Shown piece after piece: positions 48,501-58,760 of a DNA stretch of 64,000 nt. Origin of the DNA: Octopus sinensis (Eukaryota); contig NC_043004.1 in assembly GCF_006345805.1 (NCBI RefSeq), positions 81,530,001 through 81,594,000 of the forward strand. Direction: 5' to 3'. The notes below the pieces were generated by a model, which saw only the letters and a program-made list of their open reading frames with translations, made no database searches and had not been told where the DNA came from. The position numbers and the translations under genes were made by a program. Position 1 is the stretch's first letter. The number at the start of each line of letters is the position of its first letter.

Positions 48501-51500
48501 TCAAGAGTAATGATTGCAGGTAAACTAATGTTGTTGTTTGTTCCTTCTCGAGCCATATTTGGCTCATAAGGGCCGGTTTCCCGGTTTCTTGGTGTATAGG
48601 TTCCCCACCTGGATGGGACACCGGTCCATCGCTGGTGAGCTGCAAGATGCAGGAGGAAAGAGTGAGAGAAAGTTGTGGCGAAAGAGTCAGCAGAAGTTCG
48701 CCATTACCTTCTACCAGAGCCGTGTGGAGCTTAGGTGTTTTGCTCATAAACACACACATCGTCCGGTCTGAGATTCGAACCCGCGATCCCTCGACCATGA
48801 GTCCGCTGCTCTAACCACTAGGCCATGTGCCTCCACAGGTAAACTAATGGAATCAGAAAAAAAAAACTCCAGGAAAATAACAACAATAGGCCATATTTGC
48901 TCACTCGAATCATTATATTCCTCATTATCTTCACCAGTCTGATTGAATCACTCTCATTATCTCCATAGCATAAGTTCTTCATCTGAAGAAGAACTATCAA
49001 TAATTTCCTCAACTGTAAAGAGTCTAGGCCTTGCTCATTTACCAGGTGAAGTGCTGGATGCACCACACATGTTTCATTGCAAAAATCCATTTAAAAAAAA
49101 ATTAAAACAAAAGCAAACAACAGCTATGGAGAACGCCGCAAATGCATTTTACAAACTGCATGTGTTATTCATTACTGCTTTAAAAGAAATTCCGAGAGAT
49201 TACATTTAGACTATTCCCGCTATACCGGGAATATGGTGCAATTGGGGGAATACATTCCAGCAGATTTGAAAATAAATATGCTAATGGTTGTTGTATTTCA
49301 TTATATGGAGAACTTCTCCTTGAAGACAAATGTGTGTTCATAGCACATGCAATTTGTTAGTATAAAGGGACTTTGGAACACCAGGTGTTTCGACATTGTT
49401 GCGTCTCCTCAGTCAAAGCTAGTCTGGGACTAATCATCATCATCATCATCATCGTTTAACGTCCGCTTTCCATGCTAGCATGGGTTGGACGGTTCAACTG
49501 GGGTCTGGCAAGCCCGAAGGCTGCACCAGGCCAGTCAGATCTGGCAGTGTTTCTACAGCTGGATGCCCTTCCTAACGCCAACCACTCCGAGAGTGTAGAG
49601 GTTGATTTTATGTGCCACCGACACAGGTGTCAGACGAGGCTGGCAGACGGCCACGCTCGGATGGTGTTTTTTATGTGCCACCGACACAGGTGCCAGACGA
49701 GGCTGGCAGACGGCCACGCTCGAATGGTGTTTTCTTATGTGTCACCGGCACAGGTGCCAGAGGAGGCTGGCGAACGGCCACGCTCGAATGGTGTTTGTTA
49801 CGTGCCCTCAGCACGGAAGCCAGTCGATGCGGTACTGGCTACGGTCACGTTCAGATGGTTTTCTTATGTGCCACCGGCACTGGTACCATAAAGGATACAA
49901 ATTTCATTGATGTACATCTATTTTGATTTGGTTTTGATTTTGATTTTGATTTTACTTGCCTCAACAGGTCTTCTCAAGTGTCACAATAAGAAAGGTATGC
50001 ACAGTGGACTGACTACGTCCCAGGTAGGGGCCACGGGTTATGGCTTCACTAGTCTTGCCGGGTCTTCTCACGTACAGCAAACTTCCATAGGTCTCGGTCT
50101 CTAGTCATTTCCATGGTGAGACTCAAACAATGTTTTTGTCTCTTGTTTATAGTATTCAGAAAACAAATTAATTACTGATGCTTGTTGATGAATACCAACT
50201 TGTAATAAATACCCTCGAACATGGTGAACACCAAGAAATGAGACTGATGATATGCATGTTAATCCTTAATGAGTTCCAGCAGATTTGAATGTGAATATGC
50301 TAATGGCTGATGTATTTTGTCATTGAAGGCTAACTTCTTTTTAAGACAGATGTGTGTTCATAACACACTTGATTCTGTTGTCACAAGAGTCATATTTGGA
50401 AACAAATATACAACTGGATTACAAAGAATGGCTTTTAAGGAAGCGTTTTGGAAAAAATCATACATATATAGGTGCAAGCATGAATGTGTGGTAAGAAGTG
50501 TGCTTTCCAGCCACATGGTTCTGGGTCCAGTTCTGCTGTGTGGCACCTTGAGCAAGTGTCTTTCTACTATAGCCTCAGGTCAACCAAAGCCTTATGAGTG
50601 GATCTCATAGATGGCAACTGAAAGAAGCTCATTGTATGTATGTGGTGTGTGTGTGTGTTTGACAGCCAGCGTTGGTGTGTTTATATCACTCTAACACAGC
50701 AGTTCAGTAAAAGAGTTCGATAGAATAAGTACCAGGCTTAAAAAATAAGTTCTGGGGTTGATTCATTTGCCTAAAAATTCTTCAAGGTGGTGCCCCAGCA
50801 TGGCCACAGTCTAATAACTGAAACAAATAAAAAGGTGGGGATAACAAAAGGAACCAATCAGTAACAGTAAGTTAAAATAAACCTACCTTCTGGTGCAGCG
50901 ACATTACAGCTCATAACTGGAGGAGTAGAAGAAGAGTTGCCTGCAGGGACATATGTGGTGTTCTGAGAGAATGAAAAATGGAGAGCAGAAAATAAACCTT
51001 ACATTATCAGGAAAATAAACTTCATAAATACAAAAAGAAATGGACATTAATCATCACTTAATATCCATGTTTCAGGGTGACATAGGTTGGATATTTCATT
51101 ATTATATAATTACTGGCCAAACAGGAATATCACTCTGTCGAAGAACCACTCTCTATAAAGAACAAATTCGCCACCCACAATACAGACGGATACAGGTTAG
51201 TGAACACATAGAAAGGTGGGCTAGGAATCTTAATCCAAATTTCCTAATTTTCCCCTTCTATCAATGTTCACAGAACACCTTAGTACAACAAAGAATGAAT
51301 AAAGAGGCAATTTTCATCAATAAATATCTTCCACAACTCAATATGAACACATAACATAATACAGAACACTCCTAACCTTTCAATTAATACCACTAACCCC
51401 GATACATCCTATACATCATTTACATTACAGATCTATATCTACCCTAATTGCACCAAATCCAGAAGTACTTACCTCCCTTACACATAATTGTTTTACTCAG

Positions 51501-52851
51501 GGACTAGTAGACCTGACACCGTTTATAATGATTAGTAAATTCATAATACCGGTATGCTTTTGAATCTCTTTAACAATTCACAATAATGACTTTTATTACT
51601 TTTATTCCTATCTCAGTTCATCTAATTGTATATATCTATCGTCACTTTTCATAAAAAGCCTTTATTTTTTTTTTGATTTCCAATGTGCCTTTTCACTTAT
51701 TTTTCTTCTTACTTTCCCCTTACATTTCCACATGCGGTTTCTATTTTCTTTTTGAAACATATTTCTATATATACAGGTAGACACAATATACAGGTGGGCT
51801 GAGGACAACAACATGCAGTTTAATGCAGGTAAGTTCCAGGCCCTGCGCTACTGGCACACAAAGGTAAATGACGTGAAGACTGGATACACTGGCCCAGGAA
51901 GAATTGCAATCTCTGAGTCAAAATCAGTGCGTGACCTGGGCATTGACATGAGCAATGATGCATCTTTCCAAGTGCATATTGCTAATCTGGTGATAAAATG
52001 CAGACGGCTAGCTGGATGGATTCTCCGAACTTTCAGAACAAGAGGGAGACACTGATGGTCCTGGAAAACATTTGTCCTCAGCCGCTTGGACAACTGCTCC
52101 CAACTTTGGTCACCACACAATATAAAAAACAGCAGAACTCGAAGCAATTCAGAGAAGCTACACAAAGAAAATCGTCTCAATGCAAAATATCAGCTACTGG
52201 GAAAGACTGAAGGTATTAAACCTCTTCTCCCTAGAGCAGAGGCGGAGAGATATGCGGTGATATACAATCTGGAAAATCCTGGAGGGTCTTGTCCCAAACT
52301 TTGGCATTCAAAGTTACTCCAACCGCAGAACGGGGCGCCACTGCATGGTGCCAAGGATTCCAACATCACCATCAAAATACAGGTCCAGATACTGCAACAG
52401 CTTGGGTTTCAGAGGACCACAGCTTTTTAAGATCCTCCCTAAATGCCTGAGAGACTTACATGGTGTGGATGTGGGTTTCTTTAAAACTAAACTGGATCTC
52501 TTCTTGTTGGGAGTCCCGGATGAACCTACCTCACGACAGGAGACGCGGATGCGGGCAGCAGCATCGAACTCCCTTGTTGATCAAGTGCCACGTATCAGAG
52601 GTGGGTTCACAAATTAGTGTAGCTCATTCAGCGGTGGTGCCCCAGCATGGCCGTGGCCTTCGGGCTAAAACATTTTTAAGGATTTAAGGATATATCTATA
52701 TATATTTCTCTCCTTTTTTTTCTGTGTACCTTTCTGTAGAAGAGCGTAGGCTCGAAACGTAAAAGACTTTTTCTATTCCTGAGCTTTATACTAATACATC
52801 TGTTTGTTTTGTACACCACCTGTCTTCATCTTTTGTTTTTTCGTAAACTCT

Positions 52852-52904
<53 letters not shown>

Positions 52905-55900
52905 TTAGTTAGGGGTTAAATAACCACCTAAGGTATGTTAAATATCCAAAGAATTCACTAGTTTTTTTTACCTATATCAATAACAATGTTATGAACTATC
53001 GCTCTTAACAAATAGGTAAATAAATAAAATAAACATATAGTTTATCAATATGTAAATATAAATTAGAAATGGAAACCAAAATAATAAATTAAACAATTAA
53101 ATAATTTAATCATTAAATGATAAATTCAATTCAGTTGAATATATGTGTATATATATATATATATCATCATCATCATCATCATCGTTTAACGTCCGTTCTC
53201 CATGCTAGCATGGGTTGGACGGTTCGACTGGGGTTCTGGGAAGCCAGAAGGCTGCACCAGGCTCCAGTCTAATCTGGCAATGTTTCTACAGCTGGATGCC
53301 CTTCCTAACGCCAACCACTCCGTGAGTGTAGTGGGTGCTTTTTACGTGCCACCTGCACAGGTGCCAGGCAAGGCTGGCAACGGCACGGTCAGATGGTGTA
53401 TTTTATGTGCCACGGCACGGAAGCCAGTCGAGGCGGTGCTGGCATCGGCCACGAGTCGGATAGTGCTTTTTACGTACCACCAGACCAGGGATCCTGGCTG
53501 GTTCAATTCGATTTCGATTTCGCTTGCCCCAACATGTCTTCACAAGCAAGGGGGTTGGGATGGGTGCCTGTCGTACGGTCGCATTGGAGTATTTTACGTG
53601 CCACGGCCACGAGTTGGATAGTGCTTTTTACGTACCACCAGACCAGGGATCCTGGCTGGTTGGTTTCGATTTCGATTTTGCTTGCCCCAACATGTCTTCG
53701 CAAGCATGGGGGGTTGGCATGGGTGTCTGTCATCGGATGAGGTTCTATATCGACTTCGCTTGCCTCAACAGGTCTTTGTGTCCAAGGGAGGAAAGGCATT
53801 CATAAGTGGGCTGGGCTCACTTGTCCTGCCTGGTCTTCTCACGTACAGAATATTTCCAAAGGTCTCGGTCGCTGGTCATTTCCTCAGTGAGGCCTAAAGT
53901 TCGAAGGTCGTGCTTCACCACCTCGTCCCAGGTTTTCCTGGGTCTACCTCTTCCACGGGTTCCCTCAACTGCTAGGGATTGGCACTTTCTCACACACCTA
54001 TCTTCATCCATTCTCGCCACTGACCATACCAGCGCAATCGTCTCTCTTGCACACCACAACTGATGCTTCTTAGGTACAAAATTTCTCTCAAGGTGCTAAC
54101 GCTCTGTCGAGTATGTACACTGACATTACACATCCATCGGAGCATACTGGCTTCATTCCTCACGAGCTTACGCATGTCCTCAGCAGTCACGGCCCATGTT
54201 TCGCTGCCATGTAGCATGGCTGTTCGTACACACGCATCATACAGTCTGCCTTTTACTCTGAGCGAGAGGCCTTTAGTCACCAGCAGAGGTAAGAGCTCCC
54301 TAAACTTTGCCCAGGCTATTCTTATTCTAGCAGTTACACTTTCAGCGCACCCACCCCCACTACTGACTTGGTCACCTAGATAACGGAAGCTATCAACTAC
54401 TTCTAGTTTTTCCCCCTGGAAAGTGACGGAAGTTGTTCTCTGCAGATTTTCGGAGGTTAATGCTCCCGAGCATCTGCCACATAAAAACTATCTTCCCAGT
54501 TAGCCTACCTTTGACATTGCTGCACCTCTTATGTGTCCATAGCTTACACTGGGTACATCTTATAGAGTTTCTACCTACACCTTTTCTACAGATCGAGCAG
54601 GGCCATCTTCCTGAAGACATTTGTGGATTGTCTACCTTCTACTTATTAGTACTTTGGTTTTAGCTAGGTTGACTCTAAGGCCCCTTGATTCTAAACCCTC
54701 CTTCCACACCTGGAACTTCTCCTCCAGTTCTGATAGTGACTCAGCAATAAGAGCAAGGTCGTCAGCGTAGAGGAGCTCCCAGGGACAGCCTGTCTTGAAT
54801 TCCTCCGTAATTGCCTGGAGACTATGATAAATAGGAGGGGGCTGAGTACTGAACCCTGGTGGACCCCAACCTCTACTTTGAATTCTTCTGTGTACATGTT
54901 GCCAACCCTAACCTTACTTACGGCATCTCTGTACATGGCTTGCACAGTCCTCACCAGCCATTCATCTATCCCTAGTTTCCTCATTGACCACCAGATAAGG
55001 GATCGGGGACCCTATCAAAAGCTTTCTCCATGTCAACGAAAGCCAGGTACAGGGGCTTATCTTTGGCTAGGTATTTCTCCTGCCCAGGAATATAGCATCA
55101 GTGGTACTTTTCCCTGGCACGAACCCAAACTGCATCTCATCTAAACTAACTCTCTCTCTAATTAGTTGGGCTATGACCCTCTCCGTAACCTTCATTACTT
55201 GATCCAACAGCTTGATACCTCTGTAATTATTTGTATCTAGGGCATCACCTTTACCTTTGTAGCAGTTGACTAGTATGCTGCTGCACCAGTCATTGGGTAT
55301 GACTCCTTCGTGTATCACCTGGTTGACTATACGGGTGACTAGGTTATAGCCGACACTGCCAGATATTTTGAGCATCTCTGCAGTAATTCCTGATGGGCCT
55401 GGGGCTTTCCCTGTCTTCATGCTTCTAATTGCCTTAGCTACCACGGAACTATCAACTCGGATAGCTGGTCCCTCTGTAGGGTCAACATTCGGCAGACTCT
55501 CTTTATCCCATTCATTTTCCTCATTCAGCAACCTTTCATAGTGGCGTCTCCAAGCTTCTCTCTTTGCATCCTCATTTAGCGCAAGTGAACCATCCTCCAT
55601 GCGAACACATTTCTCTCCTACCACATCACGATTCTCTCTCACACACTGTCTTGCAACACGAAATACCTCAAGTCTTTCATCCTCACGGCGCAGGACATTG
55701 GCAAATTTTCTCTTATCTGCTTCCCCTCTGGCTAGATAGACCTGTCTCCTAGCTTCCCTTCTGGCAGTCTGATACCCTTCCCTGCTACCACCGTTCTTCC
55801 AGGCCTTCCAAGCCTGTTTCTTTTGTCTAATAGCCCTGTCAACAATATTGTTCCACCACCACGTTATTTTGGGTCTTAAGGGGACTTTGCACCAGCCACA

Positions 55901-58727
55901 GATCTGGTCAGCGGCTTTCAGCAGGTTGTCCCTCAGAAACGTCCAGTTGTCTTCTACCCATGTGTAGCTATACCCCCTTCCACTTCGTCAAAGGCTTCAA
56001 GTAACATATCTCTAAATCTCTGTCCATTCGCAGGGTCTTTAAGCTTCCAGACCCTTCTTCTCCATGTTGGTCGTCTTCTAGTCGCCCTCTTAGTCCTGAT
56101 CCTAAAGTCACTAACTACCAGTCTATGTTGTGGGGTGCATTCTTCGCTCGCCTGGAAGGTTTTGGCATTTATAAGCAGCCATCTTTCCCTTTTTCTGGCA
56201 AGGATGTAGTCGATTTGGCTAGTATGCCGGCCCGATCGGTAGGTGACCAGGTGGCTTGTTGGTTTCCTGAAGTTAGTGTTGCAGACCATAAGACTATTCG
56301 CATCGCAGAACTCCAGCAGCCTGGTTCCCTCCTCGTTGCGGGAACCATAACCGTAGCCTCCATGTACGCCATGGAAGCCCCCAGCATGTCGTCCAACATG
56401 CCCATTGAAATCACCAGCCACAAAGAGAAGGTCCCTGTCGTTCGTCAATGAGGTGGTCTGCAGTAGGGTGTCATAGAAACTGTCTTTCTGTCCATCGGGT
56501 AGCCCTGGCTGAGGGGCATAGGCCGATATAATGGTTGCTAATCTATTATGAAGCACTATTCTAATCTTAAGTATTCTGTCACTTACTCTGATTACCTCAA
56601 TTACTCTATCTATCCATTTCTCAGCGATAAGTATACCCACGCCACCAACCCCGTCAGTGTTCCCTGCCCAGAAATTCTTGTACCTGTGTTCCTTGCCTGT
56701 GAGGAACATATATATATATATATATATATACATGAATGCAAGTAACATACAAAATGTAGTAAGCATAAGAACATAATGAATAAAACTAAACAAAAAGAAA
56801 AAAAAACAAGCTATTTGTTTACTCACCACATAAACTTCACTGCCAAATGAAGAATACTGAGGAGTCAATTCAAAAAGGATTATATTAATGGACAGGACTA
56901 TCAGCATCAGTATCATATTCATCATCAGCATCCCTTGAGGGGTCGTTCGATATGGTCGAATCTTGTACAGCTGCACAAAAATAAAAGATGAAAAATAAAA
57001 GGATGAAAGGCCAAATCAATTTTGACAGAATTTGAACTCAGAACGTAAAGACAGACAAAATGCCACCAAGCATTTTGCCTGGAGAGCTAATAAGGTCAAG
57101 TCAACACTTACCCTAACACAGAAGAACCAAATACCCAGATTCCGAATTCCAGAGATGGAACAGAAGACTAAATAAATGATGATAAGGAGAATAATGATAT
57201 AATCCAAGGGATAAACCTGTAAATAAAGAGAAAAGAGAGTTAGCAGCGTTTATAGGAGTATTTTGTGCATAGATGGGGATAATCCATGGGTGATTAAATA
57301 TTCAATTTTATAGTTAATTAATTGTAACAAACGTTAATGTTGTTAAGCTTTTATAGAAGACACACAAAATATCTCGTCAAGTAGTAGTAGTAGGAGTATG
57401 GAAGAATGCACTGTAACAGCATGTTGCTGTGTTCACCATTTATTGGTCATTCTGACTATTCCTGGTGATTGACACCTTTGCACCACTCAGGGGACAACTC
57501 TCAAACCCATGGGTTTGTTTTGGGGGGTAGTCGTTGCTGGGTTTTACGAGGTTGGAATGCAAATCCTAACTCAATCTCTTTTAGTTGCCTTTTTTTTTAT
57601 GACACTCAAAAGGAACTTTGTGTCTATTCTATGGCAATGCCGGTCCTCATACAGCACTAGAGCAAATGTGAAATGAAGGGTTTTGCTCAAGAGCACAATA
57701 CACCACCTGACCCAGTAATCAAACCCATGATCTGGTGATCATCATCATCCTCATCATTTAACGTCCGTTTTCTATGCTGGCATGGGTTGGACGGTTCAAC
57801 TGGGGTCTGGCAAGCCAGGAGGCTGCACCAGGCGCCAATCTGATCTGGCAGTGTTTCTACAGTTGGATGCCCTTCCTAATGCCAACCACTCTGAGAGTGT
57901 AGTAGGTGCTTTTTACGTACCACCGGCACAGGGGCCAGAGGGGGCTGGCATCGGCCACATTTGGATGGTACTTTTTTATGTGCCACCGGTATGGGGAGCC
58001 AGACAGGCGGCGCTGGCATTGGCTACAACTTCCATTTGATTGTGGTTTGATTTGATTTTGATGTTGATGTACTTGACTCAATAGGTCTCACGAAGATAAA
58101 TATAAAATATCAGAGACCCATTGAGTACCTTGAAGGTTCCAGCCTGATACCTCATCACCAGTGTTTTTATCCCTTTCCAGCTCCATCCTGATCACTCCCA
58201 TCCTCTTTTTTATAATGCAAGTAGCCATGTAACCCCTCTATAGCAAGAAACATCCTCTGTTCTGGCCCCCTTCTCTCATACTTTAACCCCCTCATCACTT
58301 TGCATAAAGCCACCTCCTTTTTCTACTGTAGCCCTCCCAGTCAAAAGGGATTTTTGTTCTTGCAAGCTCCATGGCAACCTCACTTGTGCTGGTGCCATGA
58401 AAGAGCCCCCAGTGCAAGCTGTAGCGTGTTTGGCATTAGGGAGGGCATCCAGCCGTAGAAACCATACAGCCAGAAGACAAGGGAGCACGATGCAGTCCTT
58501 GGACCCAGCAGATTCGGTCAAACCATCCAACATATGCCAGCATGGAACAGGAACACTTATGACGATGATGATGACAATGATGATGATGATGCTGTCCAGA
58601 GTGAGAGAGAGAGATGTTACTTATCTGTTTAGAACTAGCAATTGTTTCTTTTTCTTGGGAGAGAAAGAAAGAAAGGAAGGAAGGAAGAAAGAAGGAAAGG
58701 AAGGAAGGAAGAAAGAAAGAGAAAGAG

Positions 58728-58760
<33 letters not shown>

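Noticed and set aside
48760-48835. tRNA gene
   Set aside because: A and B boxes are present but there is no acceptor-stem closure; it continues into a SINE body with tail and TSD. The same applies to the other SINE heads.
55954-56976. 340-aa ORF as an independent gene
   Set aside because: It is a chimera of an LMBRD1 exon, intron and LINE APE; kept only as a read-through hypothesis.
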